Assembly: GCA_002269645.1 (NCBI GenBank)
Contig: NIVC01003208.1
Span: forward strand, 47,215-111,214
DNA from: Macrostomum lignano
Lineage: Eukaryota
DNA length: 64,000 bases
Direction: 5' to 3'
Part shown: piece after piece, positions 36,613 to 58,267 of the stretch
Numbering within the stretch: the stretch's first letter is position 1
How the letters are laid out: every line of letters starts with the position of its first letter
Translations under genes and position numbers: made by a program
The notes under the pieces: model-generated
Told to the model about the DNA's origin: nothing
Database searches by the model: none
The model's input: the letters and a program-made list of their open reading frames with translations, nothing else

Positions 36613-39600
36613 ATGGCTTCAATGAGGCTTCTGCTGCTGGCTTTTATGGGTGAGTAGCTGACGGAACTGTTTGGTCTCGGTGGGTGAGTAGCTGACGGAA
36701 CTGTTTGGTCTCGGTGGGTGAGTAGCTGACGGAACTGTTTGGTCTCGGTGGGTGAGTAGCTGACGGAACTGTTTGGTCTCGGTGGGTGAGTAGTTGACGG
36801 AACTGTTTGGTCTCGGTGGGTGAGTAGCTGACGGAACTGCTTGGTCTCGGTGGGTGAGTAGCTGACGGAACTGTTTGTCAGGTACAGCAATGGGTCAGTT
36901 GCTGGAATTTCAGGTACAGCAATGGGTCAGTTGCTGAAATGTCAGGTACAGCAGTGGGTCAGTTGCTGAAATGTCAGGTACAGCAGTGGGTCAGTTGCTG
37001 GAATGTCAGGTACAGCAATGGGTCAGTTGCGGGAATGTCAGGTACAGCAGTGGGTCAGTTGCTGAAATGTCAGGTACAGCAGTGGGTCAGTTGCTGGAAT
37101 GTCAGGTACAGCAGTGGGTCAGTTGCCCACTTATCGGGTTTATGTGTAGTTGAGGATCAGGTTCCAGGTTGTCAGGCGCAGCACTAGCTGAGGCCGCAGT
37201 CACTCAGAGCCGCCGTGTCCCGCAGGCTTGGCCTGCCACCTGGTGAGGGCCGCCAGCTCCTCCTGCCTGTCCGCCAGCCCTGGCTGGCAGATGCGCTACG
37301 AGCAGGACCTGGGAGTCTGCCACTATTTCCGCGCCGCGGGCAGCCGGCAGCAGGTGAACTTCAGCACGGCCGAGAGCTGGTGCAGAGACGCCACCAGCGT
37401 GTCGAACTTGGCCAGCATTCGCCTGGTGCGCCTGAGCACCGACCAGCAGCGAACCCTGGTGGTGCGCGCCCTGACTCAGGTCGGCATCGGCTACAGCAAC
37501 CTTTGGACCGAGGCCCAGTGCAACGGTGAGAGACCTGGCCGAGCCTTCATCGGGTTAATCAGTTTGTCAGTTTGCGGGGGCTTCGGGCATAATACTAGTA
37601 GCTCGCAATTGCAAGAGGGCTGTGGGTGCCCAGGAGCAACATCGCGACATCGTCATACAACCAGCGCGCTGAGGCAATTCTAGCCATTCCGCTGACACTC
37701 GGTGGAATGTACACTCTGTGGCTCTTGAGCTGCTCCGCCCCTCATCAGGTTGTTGGAGTGGACGGAAACCAGGAATTTCCCCACTGTCTGTCAATTCCCG
37801 CAGGCTCGACAAACCGCTACTCCTGGGGCACCAGCAGCGAGGTCACCGAGCTGAAATCGGTGGCCTGCAACAGCTCGCTAGCCGTCAAGTTCACCGGACA
37901 CGTCATCCCCGCCGCTGACGGCAGCTACAAGGTGAACAGCGTCTTCTCGGCCGTTACTCTGGACAACCTCGGCACCACCGTGTGCGAGTACGACGGTGAG
38001 TATACGCTGTGTGACCCGGCTTCACGAGTTCTTCTTGTGTATCACAACACCCACCTGCTCAATTAACGACCCGAGTAATTCACCATCTTCACCAATTCAA
38101 CTACATCACAAATTCACCCAAATCGCCAGTTCACCCAAATCACCAATAGGGGGGGGGGGGGTTCGAGGTTTTCGGGGTTTTGCACAATTATAAATTTTAA
38201 GTCGTTAATTAATGTTCAGCCAGTTCTGAATCTATGCAAAATGCACAATGCGAACAATTTACTGTGACCTTCAGATATATGTAGGTTGTATATTTGGGCA
38301 AGTGTATGATGTGTGAGTGTATCGAATTGAATTACAAAGCTGTACGCATGGGAAAAGCAGAACAGAGTTTTTTTCGCTAGCTTTTTGTCTGCTTGCCAAG
38401 GTACTCGTACGCTCGTATGACTTGAATGCACAAAAACTTTTTACTCGTCAAAAGCACTTATGACTTCATTTACTTATTATTTAACGTGAGATAAGGAAAG
38501 GAATTACCCAAAGCCAACATACTTTTCCAGGAATCGGTGGCGTAAGCGCTTTTTCCCTCAGGGACTCTAGCAATTGCATTTAAATTTCCTGAACGGTTGA
38601 AAATTTATCATCATTTGCATATTTAAAGAATAATAACGCTGTGTTTTGCGTTGGCGCCCAAACTGTTTCCAATTAGAGTAAAATACAAGAAGCGATGTAT
38701 TGTAACCAAATAGCGTATTTATTCAATAAAATGGTTGACGAAATCATTGTCAAAAAGTTAGGGGTTAGGTTTCGGGTTCGGGTCGGATTTCGGTACCGGG
38801 TTCGGGGTTCGGGGTTTGAAAAAATGTTCGGGTCGGGGTACCGGGTTTGGGGTGCACCCGAACCTCGAAGAAATTGCCGTCCCGAACACCCCTAATCACC
38901 AATTCACCCACGTCACCAATTCACCCACGTCACCAATTCACCCACGTCACCAATTCACCCACGTCACCAATTCACCCACGTCACCAATTCACCCACGTCA
39001 CCAATTCACCCACGTCACCAATTCACCCACGTCACCAATTCACCCACGTCACCAATTCACCCACGTCACCAATTCACCCACGTCACCAATTCACCCACGT
39101 CACCAATTCACCCACGTCACCAATTCACCCACGTCACCAATTCACCCACGTCACCAATTCACCCACGTCACCAATTCACCCACGTCACCAATTCACCCAC
39201 GTCACCAATTCACCCACGTCACCAATTCACCCACGTCACCAATTCACCTAGCTTACCAAAATTCCTTAGTCTGCGGGAATAGGCATTAAGTGTCAGCCAC
39301 AGATACTATATAACTAGATAGGTCACTCCCTATCTCGCTGTGGGGACCAAAAATGATACTACTACTACTATAAACATTTTTCACTACTGATGGCTGGTCC
39401 TAAGAGTAGTGTGAGAGTAAATTAACCGAGTGACCTATCTAGTTATATAGTATCTGTGGTGTCAGCTCAGGTCCCTGTCACATCGATAACGCCCTGCGAC
39501 GAAATATGATTAAATCAGCTGTCCAATGTATTCACCGATTAAACCTCCTGGATGGGGCAGAGCAGCTTAGCGGCCACATTAATTTGGGGCTTGGGCTCGA

Positions 39601-42600
39601 AAACTGGTCGGAGGCTGATGCGCGATTCACAACCCACGAGGGGCAACCCTTATTAGAAATTAGGAAGTCAGGGTCGCTGTACACCCTGTGTGAGCTGTGT
39701 GAGAGTGCGTGCCTGCGTACAGTATCTGCGCGCTTGCATGTGCTCACGAGTCAGCGGAATAAGCAGAATTCCCTCAGCGCGCTGGTTGTGGGATAATGTC
39801 CAGGCGTTGCGCCAGGGTGCCCACAGCCAACTTGCGATTGTGCATGCATAACCCTTCTGGATCCGCAGTTCCTCGCTGTGACATGTCCACCGCGAGCAAC
39901 TTCAACTGGACTCGGATGCAGCCGGACGTCGATCCCATCGCCGACGGTCGGATCGTCAAGGCGGCCTGCGCCCCGGGCTTCTTCAGGACCAGCGAGGTGG
40001 ACGGAACGCCGGACAGCCTGATCAGAAACCGCTACCGCTGTGACCACGTCAGCAGTGCCAGCAGCATTGGCACGGCGAATCTGGTGGCCATGAACAACAC
40101 CGTTGTGGACCATTGCAAGCGTGAGTGAGGCCTGGGATATTTGTGCTTGCGCACTCTTGCAAGCGTGAGTGAGGCCTGGGATATTGGTGCGTGCGCACTC
40201 TTGCAAGCGTGAGTGAGGCCTGGGATATTGGTGCGTGCGCACTCTTGCAAGCGTGAGTGAGGCCTGGGATATTGGTGCGTGCGCACTCTTGCAAGCGTGA
40301 GTGAGGCCTGGGATATTGGTGCGTGCGCACTCTTGCAAGCGTGAGTGAGGCCTGGGATATTGGTGCGTGCGCACTCTTGCAAGCGTGAGTGAGGCCTGGG
40401 ATATTGGTGCGTGCGCACTCTTGCAAGCGTGAGTGAGGCCTGGGATATTGGTGCGTGCGCACTCTTGCAAGCGTGAGTGAGGCCTGGGATATTGGTGCGT
40501 GGCACTCTTGCAAGCGTGAGTGAGGCCTGGGATATTGGTGCGTGCGCACTCTTGCAAGCGTGAGTGAGGCCTGGGATATTGGTGCGTGGCACTCTTGCAA
40601 GCGTGAGTGAGGCCTGGGATATTGGTGCGTGCGCACTCTTGCAAGCGTGAGTGAGGCCTGGGATATTGGTGCGTGGCACTCTTGCAAGCGTGAGTGAGGC
40701 CTGGGATATTGGTGCGTGCGCACTCTTGCAAGCGTGAGTGAGGCCTGGGATATTGGTGCGTGGCACTCTTGCAAGCGTGAGTGAGGCCTGGGATATTGGT
40801 GCGTGGCACTCTTGCAAGCGTGAGTGAGGCCTGGGATATTGGTGCGTGGCACTCTTGCAAGCGTGAGTGAGGCCTGGGATATTGGTGCGTGCGCACTCTT
40901 GCAAGCGTGAGTGAGGCCTGGGATATTGGTGCGTGCGCACTCTTGCAAGCGTGAGTGAGGCCTGGGATATTGGTGCGTGCGCACTCTTGCAACAGTGGGA
41001 ACATCAATGATTTCTAAGACCAATAGTGCATAAAATTTTACAACAGCACAGAGATTTGTACATCGCTGTGACACGCCAACCCCTTCGCGCTCCAGCCATG
41101 AGCTGCCAGGGCAGCGTGCTGCTGAACCTCAACCTGCAGGTGGACTTCAAGGAGACGTACCGGAACCGGATCGACCCGAACCGCGAGTACCTGTTCGGCG
41201 AGTCCATCCCGGTCGAGTGCAAGACTGGCTACGTGAAGATCACCAACCGCACGGACATCAACTCCACCATCGACTGTCGTCAGAACGCGCTGAAGCCGAA
41301 CGAGGGCCAGTGGGACCCCATCTTCTGCACCCGTGAGTCCGGGGACTGGATCAGATCTCAGATTTTCTATCATCCTACTATTAGGCAGTATTATAGGATT
41401 CAGTAGATTAATAATAATTTCAAATAGACAAAAACTGAAACATAGCTCATAGAAAACCAATGTTGAGCAAGTTAGCTACATCGCTCATACACTGCCAGTA
41501 GCCAGGAATGCACTCCAATAGCCAGAAGCAGTCAGAAAAGTCCCACAAAATAGGCGCAGACAATAATATCTTTTGGGAAATTGCCAAGGACGGTGAATCG
41601 CCAAAAAACTTCCCTCCTCGCAGCCGTCGGGTGCAACAAGTCGGCAATGTCAGGCGCCTACGACTACAACACCATGCAGATGTACAAGGCCTACGACCGG
41701 CTCAAGGACCGCACCTACACTTCGTCCGAGACGCACATGTTTCCCTACTACCCCAACACCGTGTACGTGCGCTGCTCCACTCCCGGCCAGTTTTTCAGGG
41801 ACCGAAAGTACGACAAGACCTTCCAGTGCAACTTGGTGCCGAACAGCACCATCGAGGCCACGTGGAGCCCCGTGGAGGGCACTCTGGAGTCCTCCATGCA
41901 GTGCCAGCGTGAGTTTGGGGCCCTTGGCGGCCGCTCTTGGCTGCAAAGTTGTCCGAAGCAAAAGTCCCAGGACGAGCTTATAAAGCTTGACTCCCATAAG
42001 CCGCCCCTTTTCTCAAGAAGGCTCAAAAGATTGAAATACTCGCTGGTCTAGCGATTCCAGCTTTTACGAGTAGCAATCCTTGAAGCCCGGGTGGCTTTTT
42101 AAGCACTCGCGTACTCTTGAGCTTAGGGCTCAAGCTTGAGATACAACTCGATCCTCATTCGAGTCCAGTTAGGTACGCACTTCAGTACGCACGCACTCTG
42201 CACCCGCAGCTATAACGTGCCTGACAAACGAGCTGGTGGCCATGAGCTACCGAGCAACAATTCAGGATTACCTCACCAAAGGCAACTTCAACTCTAGCGT
42301 CACCCTCACTGACGACACCGGCCTGGAGACTAAAGTCCCCTTGAAGGATTTCCTCTCGGCGTCCGAGTATAAGTACACGGTGTCCGTTCGATTCGACTGC
42401 CAGAGCGGATTCGCCATGTCGACCGTGAATGACACCACCGGAAAGTTCATGTCCGTGAGCAGCATGCAGACCAGCTGCAGCTCCGTCGGCTCCTGGAACA
42501 AAATAATCAGCGAGTGCATCAGTGAGAATCTGACAATCTGTCCCTGCAATGCCGGGGATCTTGATTCTGAGATGACCATGATTGAAGATTGTGAATTGTG

Positions 42601-42985
42601 ATGAATACAGCGTCAAAAAATGTTTTTGTCGTGTGAATTCCTGTTTCCTGGAAACTCACCAAATTTCTGTTTCCTGGAAACTAATTGAATGCCTGTTTGC
42701 TGGAAACTAATTGAATGCCTGTTTCCTGGAAACTCATTGTGAATACCTGCGTTCCCCGCAGAGATGTCCGCCGCCATCGACGCCACCTCGGGCAAGAAGT
42801 TCGTGCCGGAGCCGAAGGAGGCCGGCTCGGCGCAGTCTCTGGGCGCCACCGTCATCGTCATCCTGGTGGTGTTCTTCACGCTGATCGTGGTGCTGGATAT
42901 CGCTACGCTGTCCCGTGACATCAAGCTGCTGAAGCAGAACATCCGGCGCCTGAAGCTCAAGGCCAGCATGAAGAAGAACGACTGA
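36613..42985 (+). CDS. type I membrane protein B, tandem paralogue of gene A with the same architecture
   Basis: Eight phase-1 exons: 36613-36649, 37226-37525, 37804-37995, 39869-40120, 41096-41332, 41624-41908, 42210-42521, 42762-42985. Exon-by-exon similarity to gene A (MYKAYDRLKDRTYTS..FPYYPN vs AYKAFNRLKDRSFTS..FPYYPN; AQSLG..LDIATLSRDIKLL vs AQSLG..LDLATIARDVKLL). Confidence 0.85.
36648..37105. repeat. 34-bp donor-containing array (36648-36875) followed by a 32-bp array (36877-37105) in intron 1 of gene B
   Basis: GGGTGAGTAGCTGACGGAACTGTTTGGTCTCGGT and GTCAGGTACAGCAGTGGGTCAGTTGCTGAAAT units. Confidence 0.9.
38147..38894. mobile_element. non-autonomous hAT-type element (748 bp)
   Basis: Ends TAGGGG..GTTCG / CCCGAACACCCCTA; 8-bp TSD ATCACCAA at 38139-38146 and 38895-38902; subterminal TTCGGG(G) motifs; no transposase ORF. 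Confidence 0.75.
38895..39248. repeat. 17-bp minisatellite (CACCAATTCACCCACGT)
   Basis: About 20 copies right after the hAT element. Confidence 0.95.
39297..39459. mobile_element. 163-bp MITE with perfect 32-bp TIRs and a 6-bp TSD
   Basis: CCACAGATACTATATAACTAGATAGGTCACTC at 39297-39328 and its exact reverse complement at 39428-39459; TGTCAG flanks both sides (39291-39296, 39460-39465). Confidence 0.85.
40114..40990. repeat. 44/42-bp minisatellite containing the exon 4 end plus donor of gene B
   Basis: TTGCAAGC|GTGAGTGAGGCCTGGGATATTGGTGCGTGCGCACTC, about 20 copies. Confidence 0.95.
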
Positions 42986-44282
42986 AGCAGCGATTGATTT
43001 GACTTGAAGCGGATGTTTGAGAAGCTGAGAACTCACTTGGCCCTTTATCTACTAACCCTCAGGTGCGCCCAAATCGAGTCGAAATATTTTGAGTCGAGTC
43101 GAGCCAGATTTTGCGAACGAACAGCTGAAGGATGAAACATCTTCAAAATATGCACTTTAGCTTTGCTGTCGTGCCGAATTCGATGTACTTTTATTTTTTC
43201 AGTTTTTTCTCTTAATAACAATCGCAGATTCTAAACTCTTAAGGCTTAAATCGATACGCTTATATGCTACTCTTTTCTAAGCAGTTGAAAATTTCGGTAA
43301 AAATGCTGTTAAAACTGTTGTAACTCTGTCGTTAGAGGAAATTTTGTCACACTAAATTAGTGTCTAATTAGTTAGACGATTAGGTTGAGGTTAGTTTTAG
43401 GGTTAGGCGTAGATTGCCTCTAGTTACAGGCCATAGTTATTAGCCTTTAGATTTAAGCGTCTTGATATAGTCTCTAGATATAGCTCGTTGCCTCTAGATA
43501 CAACCTCTATACATAGCCACTAGAGTTAGGCCTTTAGATCTATCTATCTGGCCTCTAGATATAGCCTAGATATCGGCTCTAGATATAGCCTTCAAATTTA
43601 GCCTCTAGTTATTATGGCCTCTAGTGGAGTGTTCAGTGCATTAGTATTGACGCAAATTAATGTCAACTAATATCTAAAAGTCTCTCATTAAAGTTGCCCT
43701 CTAAGATTTTCACCATGCCGCTCTTGTAATTGATTTTACAAGAAGTTCAACCGTTTCGAAATGGCGCGAGCAGGCCAGTCTTATCAAATAAAGTGAATCG
43801 CGCTGTCTGTCTCATTTTAACTCGTATGGCTCGTGCTTCGCCTTCTGTTCGCCCCAAGCGCAGTTGGCAGAGCCCTGCGGGACCAGGCTGATTGCTAATA
43901 TTGGCTTATCTGGGCCCACGTGGCTCTCCGAGTGCTCAGATTATTTTCACCTGCTCGATTCTCTTATCAACACGGACTGCTGGCGTGCAGCAGCAGCAGC
44001 TTTTGACTCTGCGCTTCGAACAGCGGCCCCTCCACCCCCGAGCCTCCCTGCTGATAAGCCAATCTGTAAACCCCGCCCTGCAGTCACGCTTTGCTCTGCT
44101 CACTCGAGCTCCACCCCGCTCTCCCTGATCTCCTACTTCTGCTGCTGTTTCTTAAAAACCGGAGACCCGCAAAAGGTGCGCAGTGTGCCGGGCAGCCCCT
44201 GCTAGCAACTGAGCTTAGAGTATCGCATTGTAACTCCAGTGACGGGCAGAGACCGAGAAAAAGCAGGCCTGCAAGAAAGCCA

Positions 44283-54037
<9,755 letters not shown>

Positions 54038-54550
54038 CTGCCAAAAACCATCATGACAGAAAGCCCAGAAGATTAATTAAACCGCACTAGCAAAGACCCA
54101 TACCTGTGATTGAGCGAATACTCCTGAGCATTGTACAGACAGGTGTCACCCATGTGCTATTTGAGTGCACTGGGTATATGAAGATCATTCATTGATTGGC
54201 GTTGCATTGCTACCCTTTAATACGAGCCTCGTTTATTTTTCCAATGACAGAGCGCTGAGGCGGTTCAAATATTGAAATTATTTTAATTTAAATTACACAT
54301 TTAAACAATATTAGCGGTGGAATTTTTGCGGTAATCACATATACCCCCATCATACTTTATATTTATGTATTTTATAAACAATTTACGGTTTCAGAGTTAA
54401 ATTTCTTTACTTACATGTATAGTAAAATTTGCTCACGTTGAATGCCTTCTGTTGCCATCGAAGTCTGCTACGAGTATTATGTGATGAATATACTACTGAG
54501 TAACTCAAAGTATTCAGTAGTATTGGTGCAAATCTTTTTTTATAGTGGAT

Positions 54551-55301
54551 GATGATGGGATATTTAATATTAGATCAATATCTGGATGATGGGATCTCTA
54601 ATTGTAGGTCAATGCCTGGGTGATGGGATCTCGAATTGTAGATCAATAGCTGGATGATGGGATCTCTAATTGTAGATCAATACCTGGATTATGGGATCTC
54701 CAATTGTAGGTCAATACCTGGATGATGGGATCTCTAATTGTAGATCAATACCTGGATGATGGGATCTCTAATTGTAGGTCAATGCCTGGGTGATGGGATC
54801 TCTAATTGTAGGTCAATACCTGGATGATGGGATCTCTAATTGTAGGTCAATGTCTGGGTGATGGGATCTCCAATTGTAGGTCAATGCCTGGGTGATGGGA
54901 TCTCTAACTGTAGATCAATACCTGGATGATGGGATCTCTAATTGTTGACTAATACCTGGATGATGGGATCTCTAATTGTAGGTCAATGTCTGGGTGATGG
55001 GATCTCTAATTTTAGGTCAATGCCTGGGTGATAGGATCTCTAATTGTAGATCAATACCTGGATGATGGGATCTCTAATTGTTGACTAATACCTGGATGAT
55101 GGGATCTCTAATTGTAGGTCAATGTCTGGGTGATGGGATCTCCAATTGTAGGTCAATATCTGGATGATGGGATCTCTAATTGTAAGTCAATGCCTGGATG
55201 ATTGGATCTCTAACTGTAGATCAATACCTGGATGATGGGATCTCTAATTGTTGACTAATACCTGGATGATGGGATCTCCAATTGTAGATCAATACCTGGA
55301 T
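54551..55301. repeat. 34-bp satellite (GATGATGGGATCTCTAATTGTAGRTCAATACCTG) abutting the Polinton-like left end
   Basis: About 22 copies; the last unit is cut at CTGGAT|AGTAGTAG. Confidence 0.93.
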
Positions 55302-55390
55302 AGTAGTAGGGCGAATTATGATACTGCCGCACTAGCACTGGCGAGATAGGCGGCAATGCAAATGTACAGGGAAAAATACACTGCGGAGAT

Positions 55391-55672
55391 ATGAGCCCTA
55401 TCTCTGTGCATTGGGGACGGCTAAGCACTGCAGAGATATGAGCTCTATCTCTGTGCATTGGGGACGGCTAAGCACTGCAGAGATATGAGCTCTATCTCTG
55501 TGCATTGGGGACGGCTAAGCACTGCAGAGATATGAGCTCTATCTCTGTGCATTGGGGACGGCTAAGCACTGCAGAGATATGAGCTCTATCTCTGTGCATT
55601 GGGGACGGCTAAGCACTGCAGAGATATGAGCTCTATCTCTGTGCATTGGGGACGGCTAAGCACTGCGGAGAT
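55391..55672. repeat. 47-bp self-complementary subterminal array (6 copies)
   Basis: ATGAGCTCTATCTCTGTGCATTGGGGACGGCTAAGCACTGCAGAGAT, bracketed by a 39-bp direct repeat starting at 55318 and 55684. Confidence 0.9.
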
Positions 55673-56014
55673 AGAGGCGATTCATGATACTGCCGCACTA
55701 GCACTGGCGAGATAGGCGGCAAAAAGGATATAGGAAAAATACACTGCGGAGAGGATCCTATCTCTGTGCATTGGGAACGGCTAAACATTGCAGAGATAAG
55801 AGGGGTGGCCAATCTCTGTGCTCTGTGTTAGGGTAAGGTTATAAAGTTTTACAACTGCACAGAGGACGGCTGGTGTTGCTTACCTGGATAAGGGGACGGG
55901 GGGATACACTAATTACAGCCGGTAGCCTCTATAACGGTAAAGTAATTATTACCTGAGCATGGCTGGATGTTCATATACGATATGATAAGGAGAGGGCATG
56001 CATGTACAAATTAC

Positions 56015-56074
56015 TATATAAGCAGCCACGCAAGTACAAATAAACAAATAGACAAAAACAAAATTGTATAAAAG
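56015..56074 (+). promoter_or_regulatory. two TATA-box-like motifs upstream of the first element ORF
   Basis: TATATAA at 56015-56021 and TATAAAAG at 56067-56074; ATG at 56125. Confidence 0.45.
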
Positions 56075-56124
56075 GATTTTTAAAAACCTTACTACTTCTA
56101 AAAAACAACTCTTTCTCTTTCAAA

Positions 56125-57382
56125 ATGAAAACTTTTAAAAGTTGTCATAGAGACCTCTATGAGGTCTGTATAAGCTGCGAAGTGTGCCTGCTTGGAGGCG
56201 TGTCCCAAGACACCACGAGAATGAGAACTGTCTGGTCTCATGCTGGTTGGCATGCGACCAGTGCGGCACCGTCGAAGCTCTGCAGGAGGGAAAAATTCCA
56301 GCATATCATCGAGGACACAGGATCGTCAGCGATGACAAGAAAAAGCAAGAAAGTAACCGCTGGAAAGTAATCCGCGCCATCAAAAGAGCAACGAGAGAGA
56401 AAAGAAGATCCAGCAGAAAAAGGGAGCCAGCAGGAGTCTGCTATCAGCTCACTTGAGTCAAGTAATTGACTCTACATTGAAGAGGATGAGGCCAAGCGGG
56501 TCTTCAGCAGCTGCAGAATTTGAAGTTGAGCTGTCTGCTGGAGTCGAGGCTGCTGGAGTCGAGGCTGCTGGAGTCGAGGCTGCTGGAGTCGAGGCTGCTG
56601 GAGTCGAGGCCGCTGGAGTCGAGGCTGCTGGAGTCGAGGCTGCTGGAGTCGAGGCTGCTGGAGTCGAGGCCGCTGGAGTCGAGGCTGCTGGAGTCGAGGC
56701 TGCTGGAGTCGAGGCTGCTGGAGTCGAGGCTGCTGCTGTCATAAACTTCATAGAGGAAGATGTCCTGGATCAGTTCCTCAGGGAATTCAACGCTGGTCAG
56801 CAGCAGCAGCAACCTGTCTCTTCGGTTCCGGTGATTGCTGGAAAACAACTTCATCTAATTGAAGACGACCACGAAATGGAAATCCTAGAAGAGGAGGGCA
56901 GCGACAATGAGTCGCATAATGCAATCGTGCCACCTGCAGCTCCAGCCGCCCCAGCTGCTCTGGCCGCCCCAGCTGCTCTGGCCGCCCCAGCTGCTCTGTC
57001 CGCCCCAGCTGCTCTGGCCGCCCCAGCTGCTCTGTCCGCCCCAGCTGCTCTGGCCGCCCCAGCTGCTCCAGCCGCCCCAGCTGCTCTGGCCGCCCCAGCT
57101 GCTCTGGCCGCCCCAGCTGCTCCAGCCGCCCCAGCTGCTCTGGCCGCCCCAGCTGCTCCAGCCGCCCCAGCTGCTCTGGCCGCCCCAGCTGCTCTGGCCG
57201 CCCCAGCTGCTCTGGCTGCCCCAGCTGCTCCAGCCGCCCCAGCTGCAGCCTCTACAATTCCAGCTTCTCAATCCGAAACTCCACCCGTGCCAGCTGGAGT
57301 TGCCTTCTTTCTGCCTCCTGTCGGCGGGGCTGGGTACGAGGTAACGATTTTCGAAAATCGTATTAGAATTGTGCCGCTGTGA
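56125..57382 (+). CDS. element-borne protein with a Cys-rich (CxxC..CxxC) N-terminus, basic segment, (AGVEA)n and acidic/(APAA)n low-complexity region; reconstructed across two -1 shifts
   Basis: ORFs 56125, 56184 and 56453 join if one base is restored at ~56185 (CC) and ~56402 (A-run). The 56453-57382 part is an uninterrupted 309-codon frame. Confidence 0.45.
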
Positions 57383-58267
57383 CTAAGCAATTTTTGTACT
57401 TTTTTGCTTTCTGTGTGGAGTGAGAAATCTACCCATTTATTGCAATTATTGCTAAAACTTTATTTCAACTAGCTTTTTAAAGTTGAAAGTAGGTACATTA
57501 ATTAATGATTTGATCATCTCATAACTCTGTATTCGCTTCTAGGAATCTTGCTTATAAGTTTTCAGTTTTCATTTCCAAATTAGTTTTAAAAAAAGCTCGT
57601 AGCTCGTAGTGGCAACCAATATTTTTTTGGTATCCGAGGTAAAAAAAATTATTTGAAAAGTAGGTGAAACATTATACAGTTGAATTTAACAAATTAAAAT
57701 CAACATAACATACTTTCAATAAATTGGTGATGGTTTCGTATGCTTGGTGCGATTGATTAGGTATAATTTTCTTTCTACTGCTTTGACGCGGTGTTTCCTC
57801 ATTCTTTAATTATTGAACTTTTCAGCTATATTTCTGCTTCTAAACTCTCGTCTGTATTTTTAATTCATTGTTCCATGCATTGTTTATTGACTATGATTGC
57901 ACCATGTGAATTCGATAATTTTTTAAAAAAATATATACATATAATGTCAGCATTTTTCCACTCGGTGATTGGTTTGTTAATTAACTATTGGCTTCATTTT
58001 GCATTTTTTACCGATTGAGTCTGCGTAGGAGGCAAATAGAAACGAACTTTTACGAATAGGGATCAATAGAATATGCATGCAGAGAGCTAGCTTAAGGGAG
58101 AACCAAAAAAATATAACCAGCATCTACTAGCTTGTAAGTGTGGATATTGTACCAGTATTGCAGCAATAAAGACTTACGAAAAAGATTTCCAATATTCACT
58201 CCCAGTTGCTTATGACACTCAGTTGCAGCCAGTAAACACTGTCAGCTTTTAACTGCTTGCCTTTTCT

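Noticed and set aside
42640-42735. Repeated TTCCTGGAA (STAT/GAS-like) motifs
   Set aside because: They are part of a short local tandem duplication before an acceptor, with no independent support for regulation.
55391-55672. Palindromic regular repeats resembling a CRISPR array
   Set aside because: Units are head-to-tail with no unique spacers, there are no cas genes, and the context is eukaryotic.
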